A stretch of 64,000 bases of DNA from Chloroflexota bacterium. GTDB lineage: Bacteria > Chloroflexota > Dehalococcoidia > Lucifugimonadales > UBA1127. A program made the position numbers and the translations under genes. The stretch is taken from NCBI GenBank assembly GCA_026713825.1, contig JAPONS010000069.1, positions 26,082 to 90,081 of the forward strand, read 5' to 3'. The notes under the pieces were generated by a model. The model ran no database searches. It was given only the letters and a program-made list of their open reading frames with translations, and had not been told where the DNA came from. Below, in pieces: positions 1 to 9,097 of the stretch; the first letter of the stretch is position 1; each line of letters opens with the position of its first letter.

Positions 1-1
1 T

Positions 2-334
2 GCATTCGACGACACTTACCCCATGCTGACCGCCTCGCCGGCTGCGCATCTCCTCGTTGCTGAGGATGACGACGGCATTCAGGGCTACGTCTACGCTTGC
101 GACGTGCCCACGCTCTTTGCCAATGGAGTGATCACCGAGATCTTGGAGCTGTACGTGGTCGAGTCGCAGCGGGGACAGGGCATTGGCAGGGGGCTGGTGG
201 AGGCTGTTGTCGAGCAAGCTCGGGAGGGCAATTCCGTGGAGGTGACGGTGCCGACCCGGCGGGCGGCGGCCTTCTACGAGGGCATCGGGTTCGAGCGTAC
301 GGCCGAGCTGTTCAAGCTACGCCTGAGCGGGTAG
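2..334 (+). CDS. GNAT family N-acetyltransferase, C-terminal part (5' end probably outside window)
   Basis: The frame of ORF 23..334 stays open back to base 2. It has the acetyl-CoA binding motif QRGQGIGRGLV, and 103 aa is short for a GNAT. Confidence 0.7.
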   Translation, partial: AFDDTYPMLTASPAAHLLVAEDDDGIQGYVYACDVPTLFANGVITEILELYVVESQRGQGIGRGLVEAVVEQAREGNSVEVTVPTRRAAAFYEGIGFERTAELFKLRLSG

Positions 335-364
335 GCAGGTAGCGCGGCCCTCGGATGCCCGTTC

Positions 365-394
365 TTGACAGCACCCTCTGAGCCCTCCTAGACT
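365..394 (+). promoter_or_regulatory. sigma-70-like promoter TTGACA-N18-TAGACT ahead of the trpS leader
   Basis: TTGACA at 365-370 and TAGACT at 389-394, directly upstream of the T-box leader. The ileS leader has the same layout. Confidence 0.4.
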
Positions 395-692
395 TGATGC
401 AACATCGGAATAGAGGCGGCGGGCAGGAAGAGTACTCCCCCAGCGAGGCCACAGAGAGCCGGGCACGGTGGAAACCGGCGCTGGCGCAGGGGACGAATGG
501 GCCGGCTTGCAGGGCGAAAGCCCCGTGAACGCTGCCGCCGGGTGGGCGCCGATCAAACGCCCAGCGGGTAAGCCGTCATCCCATGGGAGGCGCACCGTTT
601 TCGAGATTGCGGACTTTCCTGAAACCGAGAGTCCGTGAACAAGGGTGGCACCGCGGAGTGACCCCGCCCCTTGATGGGAGCGGGGTTTTTTT
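395..692 (+). promoter_or_regulatory. T-box riboswitch leader, candidate Trp (TGG) specifier
   Basis: Conserved T-box sequence AACAAGGGTGGCACCGCGG at 638-656, overlapping the 5' arm of a terminator. Stem I elements AGAGAG and GGTGGAAACC are present. GAA-TGG-G at 496-501 fits a specifier loop, and the leader lies upstream of trpS. Confidence 0.85.
662..692 (+). terminator. intrinsic terminator of the T-box expression platform
   Basis: Hairpin CCCCGC...GCGGGG followed by a T7 run. Confidence 0.8.
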
Positions 693-737
693 ATTGGGTG
701 TCGCAAGCCGGGGTCAAGAGGAGAGCGAGGGCCGGAG

Positions 738-1793
738 ATGACTACGCAGGAAGGCGTTCGGGGGACGACAGGGCGGGGCCGGGTCGAGGGGGTGCGGACG
801 GTGTTTAGCGGCATACAGCCGAGCGGCGACGTGCAGCTCGGGAACTACATCGGCGCGATCAAGGGGTGGGTCGACAGGCAGGAGGAGAAGGAGAACTACT
901 TCTGCATCGTGGACCTGCACGCGCTGACGGTGCCGCAGGAGCCGGAGGAGCTGCGCCACCAGACGCGGTCGCTGGCGGCGATGCTGTTCGCGGCGGGGCT
1001 CGACCCGGAGAAGTGCACGATCTTCGTGCAGAGCCACGTGACGGCGCACGCGGAGGCGTGCTGGCTGCTCAACTGCGTGACGCCCATCGGCTGGCTGGAG
1101 CGGATGACGCAGTACAAGTCGAAGGCGGAGAACCAGGAGACGATTTCCACCGGGCTGCTGGACTACCCGGTGCTGATGGCAGGCGACATCGTGCTGTACG
1201 ACGCGCACGAGGTGCCCGTCGGCGAGGACCAGCGGCAGCACGTGGAGCTGGCGCGGGACATCGCGCAGCGGTTCAACCGCACCTACGGCGACACGTTCGT
1301 GGTGCCGGCGGGGGTCATTCCGGAGATCGGCGGGCGCGTCATGGGGCTGAACGACCCGACGGTGAAGATGTCGAAGAGCTATGCGCACATCCGGGGGCAC
1401 GCGGTGCGGATGCTCGACGACCCGAAGGAGATCGAGCGGACGTTCAAGCGAGCGGTGACCGACAACGGCAACGAGATCCGGTTCTCGGACGAGCCGGAGA
1501 AGGCCGGGGTCAACAACCTGCTGGGCATCTACAAGGTGATCACCGGCATGGACGAGGCGTCGGTGGAGGCCGAGTTTGCGTCGGCGAGGGGGTACGGCGA
1601 CCTGAAGGGACGCGTCGCGGAGGTGGTCATCGAGGCGCTGACGCCCATCCGGGAGCGGTACGAGGCGCTGATGCAGGACGTGGGGGCGCTCGACCGGCTG
1701 CTGGAGGTCGGCGCGGAGCGCGCGGAGTCGGTTGCCGGGCCGAAGCTCGACGAGGTCAAGGAACGCATGGGGCTGATCCTGCCCAAACGATAG
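738..1793 (+). CDS. trpS: tryptophan--tRNA ligase
   Basis: N-terminus FSGIQPSGDVQLGNYIGAI, KMSKS loop, class I aaRS TrpRS layout. A GAGGG SD lies upstream of the ATG. Confidence 0.95.
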   Translation: MTTQEGVRGTTGRGRVEGVRTVFSGIQPSGDVQLGNYIGAIKGWVDRQEEKENYFCIVDLHALTVPQEPEELRHQTRSLAAMLFAAGLDPEKCTIFVQSHVTAHAEACWLLNCVTPIGWLERMTQYKSKAENQETISTGLLDYPVLMAGDIVLYDAHEVPVGEDQRQHVELARDIAQRFNRTYGDTFVVPAGVIPEIGGRVMGLNDPTVKMSKSYAHIRGHAVRMLDDPKEIERTFKRAVTDNGNEIRFSDEPEKAGVNNLLGIYKVITGMDEASVEAEFASARGYGDLKGRVAEVVIEALTPIRERYEALMQDVGALDRLLEVGAERAESVAGPKLDEVKERMGLILPKR

Positions 1794-1832
1794 CAATCTA
1801 CGCGACATTCCAGTCAGAAGGGACTGTCAGAC

Positions 1833-3296
1833 ATGTATACACCAACACTGGAACAGGTCCGGGAGCTGGCGAAAGAGGGGAACCTCGTCCCGGTGTACCG
1901 GGAGATCAGCGCGGACCTTGAAACACCAGTCACCGCCTACATGAAGGTGGCCCGCAAACCGTACTCGTTCCTGCTCGAGAGCATCGAGGGCGGGGAGCGG
2001 CTGGCGCGGTACAGCTTCATCGGGACGGAGCCGTCGAAGGTCATCCGCACGGGGCCGGGGGAAAAGAACGGCGAGGTGGACCCGCTGCGGCTGGTCGAGA
2101 GCGCGCTTGGGCGGTTCAAGGTGGTGACCATCCCCGGGCTGCCGCGCTTTCACGGCGGGCACGTGGGGTTCTTGGCGTACGACGCCGTCCACTACTTCGA
2201 GCCGCGGGTGCCGCCGCCAGCCAGCAACCCGCTGGGGCTGCCCGAGTCGACGTTCATGCTGGCGGACACGCTGCTGGTCTTCGACCACCTGCGGCAGAAG
2301 ATCCAGGTGGTTAGCCACGCGCACATCCGCGGGGACAACGTCGACGCGGCGTACGCGAAGGCGACCAAGCGCATCGACCGGCTGGTGAAGCGGCTGGACC
2401 GGCCGCTCAAGCGGCCCAAGCGCAACGGCTCTCGGGAAGAGGGGGCCGAGCAGCGGGAGCGGCGGACGTACTCGTCGAACCGCAGCTACGAGGAGTACGA
2501 CGAGATCGTACGGCAGTCGCGGGACTACATCATCGCGGGGGACATCATCCAGGTGGTGCCGTCGCAGAGGCTGGAGCGGCCGACGGAGTCATCTCCTCTC
2601 GACCTGTACCGCGCGCTGCGGGGCACGAACCCGTCGCCGTACATGTACCTGCTGGAGCTGGACGACTTCCACATCATCGGGGCGTCGCCGGAGCTGCTGG
2701 TGCGCGTCGAGGACGGGCGGGTGCTGAACTTCCCGCTGGCGGGCACGCGCCGCCGCGGCCGCACGGTGGAGGAGGACGAGGCGCTGGCGAGGGAGCTGCA
2801 AAACAACGAGAAGGAGCGGGCCGAGCACATCATGCTCGTGGACCTGGGGCGCAACGACGTGGGCCGCGTCGCCATTCCGGGCACGGTGGAGGTGCACGAC
2901 CTGATGCGGGTCGTCAAGTACTCGCACGTCATGCACCTGGAGTCTGAGGTGCACGGGCAGCTTCGGCCGGACCGCACCATCTACGACGCGCTGCGGTCGT
3001 GCCTGCCGGCCGGGACGTTGTCGGGGGCGCCCAAGGTGCGGGCGATGGAGATCATCGCGGAGCTGGAGGGCGAGGCGCGCGGCGCGTACGGCGGGGCCGT
3101 CGGGTACTTCAGCTTCTCGGGCAACATGGACACGGCCATCACCATCCGCACGATGGTGCTGAAGGATGGCGTCGCGTATATCCAAGCGGGCGGCGGCATC
3201 GTCTACGACAGCGAGCCGGAGTCCGAATTTCAAGAGACGTTGCAGAAGGCGGGAGCGCTGCTGAGCGCCATCAGCCTTGCGGAGGAACAGTCATGA
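1833..3296 (+). CDS. trpE: anthranilate synthase component I
   Basis: 487 aa with the LLESIEGGERLARYSF N-terminal motif and a chorismate-binding C-terminal domain (GAYGGAVGYF, IRT). Confidence 0.95.
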   Translation: MYTPTLEQVRELAKEGNLVPVYREISADLETPVTAYMKVARKPYSFLLESIEGGERLARYSFIGTEPSKVIRTGPGEKNGEVDPLRLVESALGRFKVVTIPGLPRFHGGHVGFLAYDAVHYFEPRVPPPASNPLGLPESTFMLADTLLVFDHLRQKIQVVSHAHIRGDNVDAAYAKATKRIDRLVKRLDRPLKRPKRNGSREEGAEQRERRTYSSNRSYEEYDEIVRQSRDYIIAGDIIQVVPSQRLERPTESSPLDLYRALRGTNPSPYMYLLELDDFHIIGASPELLVRVEDGRVLNFPLAGTRRRGRTVEEDEALARELQNNEKERAEHIMLVDLGRNDVGRVAIPGTVEVHDLMRVVKYSHVMHLESEVHGQLRPDRTIYDALRSCLPAGTLSGAPKVRAMEIIAELEGEARGAYGGAVGYFSFSGNMDTAITIRTMVLKDGVAYIQAGGGIVYDSEPESEFQETLQKAGALLSAISLAEEQS

Positions 3297-3856
3297 TTCT
3301 GCTGCTCGACAACTACGACAGCTTTACCTACAACCTCTACCAGTACCTGTGCGAGCTTGGCGCGGATGTGCACGTGGAGCGCAACGACCAGGTCACGGTG
3401 GACGAGATCGCGGCGATGAAGCCGGACAAGCTGGTGGTCTCGCCGGGGCCGTGCACGCCGAAGGAGGCGGGGGTCTCGATGGAGGCGATCGAGCAGCTGG
3501 GGCCGACGACGCCCGTGCTGGGCGTGTGCCTGGGGCACCAGTGCATCGGCGAGGTGTACGGCGGGACGGTCGGCGGCGCGGGGGAGATCGTGCACGGCAA
3601 GACGTCGGCCATCCACCACACGGGCGCAGGGGTGCTCGAGGGGTTGCCGACGCCCTTCGACGCGATCCGGTACCACTCACTGGTGGTGTTCCCGGAGGAC
3701 CTGCCGGAGAGCCTGGAGGTGACGGCGTGGACGGACTCGGGGCGCATCATGGGGCTACGGCACAAGGAGCACCCGGTGCACGGGGTGCAGTTCCACCCGG
3801 AGTCGATCATGACGGTCGTGGGCAAAGACCTTCTCAGGAACTTCCTGGCAATGTAG
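3293..3856 (+). CDS. trpG: anthranilate synthase component II (glutamine amidotransferase)
   Basis: Internal start MILLLDNYDSFTYNLYQYL within ORF 2999..3856. Has the GVCLGHQ catalytic Cys motif and HGVQFHPES. ATGA overlap with the trpE stop. Confidence 0.93.
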   Translation: MILLLDNYDSFTYNLYQYLCELGADVHVERNDQVTVDEIAAMKPDKLVVSPGPCTPKEAGVSMEAIEQLGPTTPVLGVCLGHQCIGEVYGGTVGGAGEIVHGKTSAIHHTGAGVLEGLPTPFDAIRYHSLVVFPEDLPESLEVTAWTDSGRIMGLRHKEHPVHGVQFHPESIMTVVGKDLLRNFLAM

Positions 3857-4008
3857 GCTAGGCTGAGACGGCACTCTCCAATTGGAGGTCAACTACGTTC
3901 CGGGGGGTTTGCCGGCGGACCAAATCAGATTGTGCCTGGAGCAAGCAGCCAGCTTTGTGGAAAGGGTGGAGGCGCTGCTGGAGGAGCAATAGCCGCGCGG
4001 CAAGCGCA

Positions 4009-4383
4009 ATGGCGATTGGAGGAATCCTGTTGGTCGAGACTCCATACAAGAATCAAAGCCGAGTCTTTCTCGCTCAGGCGGAAGATGAACTAGCACATGG
4101 CGACCTGTATCAGGCCGCCGAAAAGGGCTGGGGGGCGGCCGCACAGATCGTCAAGGCCATCGCAGACGCTCGCGGCTGGGAGCACGACAGCCACCGGCAC
4201 CTGTTCAACATTGTTCGCCGATTAGTGGACGAGACTGACGACGACTCACTCTCGGTGTTGTTCTCAGAGGCTAACCTGCTGCATGTCAATTTCTATGAGG
4301 GCGAGCTATCGTCGAGGCAGGCCGCCTACCACCTGTCGCATGTTGTTGAATTCGTGAACAAGGTGGAGGGGCAGTTGGAGTAG
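4009..4383 (+). CDS. PaREP1-like (HEPN-like helical) small protein inserted in the trp operon
   Basis: Pattern AEDELAHGDLYQAAEKGWGAAAQIVKAIA...LHVNFYEG resembles the PaREP1 family. GC is visibly lower than in the flanking trp genes. The start is uncertain: ATG 4009, or TTG 4030 after GGAGG. Confidence 0.45.
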   Translation: MAIGGILLVETPYKNQSRVFLAQAEDELAHGDLYQAAEKGWGAAAQIVKAIADARGWEHDSHRHLFNIVRRLVDETDDDSLSVLFSEANLLHVNFYEGELSSRQAAYHLSHVVEFVNKVEGQLE

Positions 4384-4412
4384 GGCTTTCAACCCCGACG
4401 TCCGAGTTTCCG

Positions 4413-5435
4413 TTGGAGTTGGTCATGATTCGAGAAGCCATTGGCGCATTGATCGAGGGGCGGTCGCTGTCCTCCGAGGAGGCGTCTGGCTGCATGGAAG
4501 AGATCATGTCAGGCACGGCGACGCCGGCGCAGATTGGCGCGTTTGTGACGGCGCTGCGGCTGAAGGGCGAGACCTCCGACGAGATCGCGGGGATGGCGCG
4601 CGTGATGCGGGCGAACGTGCTGCGCGTCAACGTGCCGGGGCCGGTGGTCGACGTGGTGGGCACGGGCGGCGATGGGCTCAACACCTTCAACATCTCGACG
4701 GCCGCGGCGCTGACGCTGGCGGCGTCGGGGGTGAAGGTGGCGAAGCACGGGAACCGCGCGGCGTCGAGCTCGGCGGGGGCTGCGGACGTGCTGGAGGCCT
4801 GCGGGGTCAAGCTGGAGCAGACGCCGGAGGGCGTCGCGCAATGCGTGGAGGAGGCGGGCATGGGGTTCATGTTCGCGCCCGCGTTCCATCCTGCCATGCG
4901 CCACGCGGCGGCGCCGCGCCGGGAACTCGGCATTCGCACGGTGTTCAACATTCTCGGACCGCTGACCAACCCGGCCTTCGCCGACGCACTGGTCGTCGGC
5001 ATCGCGGACCCGTCGTTCGGGCAGCGGATGGCGGAGGCGTTTCTGCAGCTTGGGACGACGCGGGCTATGGTGGTCCACGGCTCCGACGGCGCGGACGAAC
5101 TGACGCTGACCGGGCCGTCGCAGGTGTGGGAGGCGAAGGACGGCGCGGTGACCGCCTACGAGGTGCGTCCCGAGGACGTGGCGCTGGAGCCATGCTCGCC
5201 GGACGACCTTAAGGGCGGCGTCGCGGAGGAAAACGCGGAGACGATGCAACGGGTGCTGGGCGGCGAGCTTGGGCCGCTGCACCGGGCCGTCGCGCTGAGC
5301 GCGGGGGCGGGCATGCTGGTCGCGGGTACCGTACCGGACCTGAAGGAGGGCGTGGCAGCGGCGCGGCGGGTGCTTTCGAGCAAGGCGGCGCTGGAAACGC
5401 TGAGGAAGATGGCGGAGGTCAGCCAGAGCGCCTAG
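4413..5435 (+). CDS. trpD: anthranilate phosphoribosyltransferase
   Basis: Motifs VDVVGTGGDG, KHGNRAASS and NILGPLTNP. An alternative ATG start is at 4425. Confidence 0.93.
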   Translation: MELVMIREAIGALIEGRSLSSEEASGCMEEIMSGTATPAQIGAFVTALRLKGETSDEIAGMARVMRANVLRVNVPGPVVDVVGTGGDGLNTFNISTAAALTLAASGVKVAKHGNRAASSSAGAADVLEACGVKLEQTPEGVAQCVEEAGMGFMFAPAFHPAMRHAAAPRRELGIRTVFNILGPLTNPAFADALVVGIADPSFGQRMAEAFLQLGTTRAMVVHGSDGADELTLTGPSQVWEAKDGAVTAYEVRPEDVALEPCSPDDLKGGVAEENAETMQRVLGGELGPLHRAVALSAGAGMLVAGTVPDLKEGVAAARRVLSSKAALETLRKMAEVSQSA

Positions 5436-5455
5436 CGCCCGGGAGCATTGCAGGT

Positions 5456-6265
5456 ATGGCAACGATTCTGGACAAAATCGTCGAGGCGAAGCGGGAGTCG
5501 CTGGAGCGGGCCATGGCCGAGACGCCGCTGGCCGAGCTGGAGCGGCGCATGGCGGATGCGCCGGCGGCTGTGCCCTTCGCGGCGGCGCTGACGGGCGACG
5601 ACATCCGGCTCATCGCAGAGGTCAAGAAGGCGTCGCCGTCGGCCGGGCTGCTGCGGGCGGACTTCGACCCGGCGTGGCTGGCGTCGACGTACGCGGCGAG
5701 CGGCGCGGGCGCGGTCTCGTGCCTGACGGACGCGCACTTCGAGGGGACGCTGGAGCACCTGCAGCAGGTGAAGGACGCTGTAGCCGCGACCGGTGTGCCG
5801 GTGCTGCGCAAGGACTTCCTGACGCACCCGTACCAGCTCTACGAGGCGCGCGCCTATGGGGCCGACGCCGCACTGCTCATCGTGGCGGTGCTGTCGGCGG
5901 CGCAGCTCGGCGAGTTGCTGGGCGCGGCGCGGGAGGTGGGCATTCAGTGCCTCGTGGAGGTGCATGACGAAACTGAGATGGCTGTCGCGGCGGATGCTGG
6001 AGCGGAAGTCATCGGGATCAACAACCGCGACCTGCGCACGTTCAAGACGGACCTCGCCGTAACGGGGCGCCTCGCGTCGAAGGCGCCTTCAGGCGCGGCG
6101 CTGGTCAGTGAGAGCGGCATTCGCGACCGGGGGGACATGGAGCGGCTTCGCGACCTCGGAGCGCACGCGGCGCTGGTGGGCGAGGCCATCGTGACGCAGC
6201 CGGAGCCGGGGGCGAAGATCCGCGAGCTGCTCGGGGTTGCTGTCCCCGCGCAGGGGGCGTCATGA
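5456..6265 (+). CDS. trpC: indole-3-glycerol phosphate synthase
   Basis: Motifs ILDKIVEAKRE, IAEVKKASPS and GINNRDL. Confidence 0.93.
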   Translation: MATILDKIVEAKRESLERAMAETPLAELERRMADAPAAVPFAAALTGDDIRLIAEVKKASPSAGLLRADFDPAWLASTYAASGAGAVSCLTDAHFEGTLEHLQQVKDAVAATGVPVLRKDFLTHPYQLYEARAYGADAALLIVAVLSAAQLGELLGAAREVGIQCLVEVHDETEMAVAADAGAEVIGINNRDLRTFKTDLAVTGRLASKAPSGAALVSESGIRDRGDMERLRDLGAHAALVGEAIVTQPEPGAKIRELLGVAVPAQGAS

Positions 6266-6942
6266 GTATGACGGTGGTGAAGATCTGCGGACTGCGCGAC
6301 GTGGAGCACATGGCCGCGGCAGCGGAGGCGGGCGCGGACCTGGTGGGCCTGAACTTCCTGCCGACGGTGCGCCGCTACGTGCCGCCGGAAACGGGCGCCG
6401 CGCTGGCTTCGGCGTTTCGGGAGCAGCACCAGGGGCCGAGGCTTGTGGGACTCTTCGCGGACCAGCCCGTCGAGCACGTGAACGCCGTTGCCAAGCTGGT
6501 GGGGCTGGACCTTGTGCAGCTCTGCGGCAGCGAGGGGCCAGAGTACTGGGCGCGGGTGGAGCCATTGGTCATCAAGGTCGTGCACGTGCCCACGCCCGCA
6601 TCCGGGGATACCGACGACGAGTACGCGGCCGTGGAGACGGTGGAAGCGCGGTTGCACTCCATCAACGACGCGGGACACATGGCGCTGCTCGACCGGCAGT
6701 CGCCGGTGCAGCCGGGCGGGATGGGACTGACGTTCGACTGGAGCATCGCGCGGGAAATGGCCGCTCTCGGCCACCGGTTCATTCTCGCGGGGGGGCTGAC
6801 GCCGGAGAACGTCGGGGCGGCCATCGACGAGGTGGCGCCGTGGGGCGTTGACGTCTCGAGCGGCGTCGAGACCGAGGGGGTCAAGGACATCGCCAAGATT
6901 CGCCGCTTCGTGGCGGCGGCCAGACAAGGAGCCGCTCTATGA
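6262..6942 (+). CDS. trpF: phosphoribosylanthranilate isomerase
   Basis: VKICGL N-terminus and a GGL C-terminal motif. Overlaps trpC and trpB by 4 nt each. Confidence 0.9.
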   Translation: MSMTVVKICGLRDVEHMAAAAEAGADLVGLNFLPTVRRYVPPETGAALASAFREQHQGPRLVGLFADQPVEHVNAVAKLVGLDLVQLCGSEGPEYWARVEPLVIKVVHVPTPASGDTDDEYAAVETVEARLHSINDAGHMALLDRQSPVQPGGMGLTFDWSIAREMAALGHRFILAGGLTPENVGAAIDEVAPWGVDVSSGVETEGVKDIAKIRRFVAAARQGAAL

Positions 6943-8159
6943 CCAGCGAGCAACGGCTGCCCAACGAACAGGGGCGGTTCGGCGACTTCGGCGGGCGCTT
7001 TGTGCCGGAGACGCTGATGGCGGCGGTCGAGGACCTGCGCATCGGCTACGAGGAGGCGCGGGAAGACGCGGGCTTTCAGGCGGAGCTGACGGGGCTGCTG
7101 TCCACGTACGTCGGGAGGCCGACGCCGTTGACCTTCGCGGCCAACCTGACGGCGCACTTCGGCGGGGCGCGCATCTACCTGAAGCGCGAGGACCTGGCGC
7201 ACACGGGCGCGCACAAGATCAACCACGCGGTGGGGCAGGCGCTGCTGGCCAAGCGCATGGGCAAGCAGCGGATCATCGCGGAGACGGGCGCGGGACAGCA
7301 CGGCGTCGCAACGGCGACGGTGTGCGCGCTGCTGGGCATGGAGTGCGTGGTCTACATGGGCACGGAGGACATTCGGCGGCAGCAGCCGAACGTCTACCGG
7401 ATGAAGCTACTCGGCGCGCGGGTGGAGCCGGTCGACAGCGGGTCGCGGACGCTGAAGGACGCGATCAACGAGTGCATGCGGGACTGGGTCACCAACGTGC
7501 GCACCACCTTCTACCTGCTGGGGAGCGTCGTGGGGCCGCACCCGTACCCGATGATGGTGCGGGACTTCCAGAGCGTCGTGGGACGCGAGGCGCGGGCGCA
7601 GGTCATCGCCGCGGAGGGGCGGCTGCCCGACTACGCCGTCGCGTGCGTGGGCGGCGGGAGCAACGCCATCGGGCTCTTTCACCCCTTCATCGCGGACGAG
7701 GAGGTGGCGCTCGTGGGCGTCGAGGCCGGGGGGCTTGGGCTGGAGACGGGCAGGCACGCGGCGCCGCTCTCGGGGGGCAGGCCGGGCGTGCTGCACGGGT
7801 CGCACTCGTACCTGATGCAGGACGAGGCCGGGCAGGTGATGGAGACGCACAGCGTGTCGGCGGGCCTCGACTACCCGGGCGTCGGGCCGGAGCACTCGTA
7901 CCTGAAGGACATCGGACGGGCGACGTACGTCTCGGCGACGGACGACGAGGCGCTGGAGGCCTTCGGGCTGCTGTCGCGGACGGAGGGCATCATCCCGGCG
8001 CTGGAGCCGTCGCATGCGCTGGCATACGTGGCGAAGCTCGCGCCGCAGGCTGGGGCGGGCAAGGTCATCGTCGTGAACCTGAGCGGCCGCGGGGACAAGG
8101 ACCTGCAGGAGGTTATCCGCATCATGGACGAACGCGGCGGGCCGGAAGGAGCGGCGTGA
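6939..8159 (+). CDS. trpB: tryptophan synthase beta chain (TrpB1-type length)
   Basis: Motifs [24 protein letters not shown] (PLP lysine) and GGGSNAIG. Confidence 0.95.
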   Translation: MTSEQRLPNEQGRFGDFGGRFVPETLMAAVEDLRIGYEEAREDAGFQAELTGLLSTYVGRPTPLTFAANLTAHFGGARIYLKREDLAHTGAHKINHAVGQALLAKRMGKQRIIAETGAGQHGVATATVCALLGMECVVYMGTEDIRRQQPNVYRMKLLGARVEPVDSGSRTLKDAINECMRDWVTNVRTTFYLLGSVVGPHPYPMMVRDFQSVVGREARAQVIAAEGRLPDYAVACVGGGSNAIGLFHPFIADEEVALVGVEAGGLGLETGRHAAPLSGGRPGVLHGSHSYLMQDEAGQVMETHSVSAGLDYPGVGPEHSYLKDIGRATYVSATDDEALEAFGLLSRTEGIIPALEPSHALAYVAKLAPQAGAGKVIVVNLSGRGDKDLQEVIRIMDERGGPEGAA

Positions 8160-8347
8160 TGGTCATCGGCAAGGAGCGGACGAGCTGGTACAGCGACCAC
8201 CCGCTGGAGTGTACGTGCGCGCAGTGCGAGGCCCGGCGCGCCGACGACCGCCGTTTCCAGGACATGACGCAGGGCCGCAAGGTGGGCCGCAACGAGTCGT
8301 GCCCGTGCGGCAGCGGCAAGAAGTACAAACGCTGCCACGGGGGGTAG
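8159..8347 (+). CDS. small SEC-C motif (zinc-binding) protein
   Basis: 62-aa tail of ORF 6848..8347. It starts with an ATG that shares one base with the trpB TGA stop. The C-terminus CPCGSGKKYKRCHGG is the SecA-type metal-binding motif. Confidence 0.6.
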   Translation: MVIGKERTSWYSDHPLECTCAQCEARRADDRRFQDMTQGRKVGRNESCPCGSGKKYKRCHGG

Positions 8348-8412
8348 GGGGAGGGCTCCTTGTCCCGCCCTCACGCGGGCAGCTACAATGGAGTCACCCA
8401 CTCCACCCCTGG

Positions 8413-8697
8413 ATGGACGCCATGACGACTTACAGCATCCGCGAACTCAAGGCCAAGGCCGGGCAGATTCTCGACAGCCTCGCAGAGGGCGAGGAGGTCA
8501 TCATCACGCGCCGGGGGAAGCCGTGCGCGCGGTTGGCGCCCATCGCACCTGGGGCGGGAACCCCGTTGACGCCGCTGCAGAAGAAGTACGCCCACCTGCC
8601 CGACCTGTCACTTGAACAAATCCAACGCTTCAGGGCGGAAATGAACGACGCCTGGAAAGAGAAATTTGAGGACATCCCGGGCGACGATGCCAAGTAG
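8413..8697 (+). CDS. Phd/YefM-type antitoxin
   Basis: YSIRELKAKAGQILDSLAEGEEVIITRRGKPCARL is a typical Phd/YefM N-terminus. Overlaps the downstream PIN gene. Confidence 0.65.
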   Translation: MDAMTTYSIRELKAKAGQILDSLAEGEEVIITRRGKPCARLAPIAPGAGTPLTPLQKKYAHLPDLSLEQIQRFRAEMNDAWKEKFEDIPGDDAK

Positions 8698-9088
8698 TCC
8701 GCCGGTCTATGTGACCGACACCCACGCCCTGTGGTGGTATTTGAAGGCTGATGCCCGCCTTTCCGCCAATGCCGCAAGTGTCTTTCGTCAGGCTGCTGCG
8801 GGAGAAGCGACCATCATCGTTCCGGCCATAGTCGTGGCTGAGTTGTATTTCCTCTCAGTAAAGATGCGCGACCCCGTTGTGCCCGCTGAGTTTCTACTGG
8901 ATCTGACCGCATTTGGGATGATCTTGAAGGACACCGGCGGAGAGCAACTCGCATTGCTGGGCGCTTTCCCGGAAATCCCCGACATTCACGACAGGCTCAT
9001 CGCCGCTGAAGCCGTTGTGCATGAAGCCGTGCTGATCACGGTGGATCGCCTTCTAGCCGCGTCTCCAAACGTGGAGACCCTCTGGTAG
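8687..9088 (+). CDS. vapC: PIN-domain toxin (VapC family)
   Basis: VYVTDTHALWWYL (first acidic residue), DRLIAAEA and LITVD motifs. About 133 aa, with start MPSSPPV. Confidence 0.75.
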   Translation: MPSSPPVYVTDTHALWWYLKADARLSANAASVFRQAAAGEATIIVPAIVVAELYFLSVKMRDPVVPAEFLLDLTAFGMILKDTGGEQLALLGAFPEIPDIHDRLIAAEAVVHEAVLITVDRLLAASPNVETLW

Positions 9089-9097
9089 CATGGCGCC

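Noticed and set aside
3881-4432. Fourth duplicated gene start (CCAATTGGAGGTCAACTACG at about 3881 versus CCGTTGGAGTTGGTCATGATTCG at the trpD start)
   Set aside because: The similarity is short and gapped, and it largely reflects an SD-like GGAG. It is too weak to claim without statistics.
6848-8158. Upstream 437 codons of the 499-aa ORF 6848..8347
   Set aside because: This is an alternative frame of trpB. Only the last 62 codons, after the ATG at 8159, look like a real protein (SEC-C motif).
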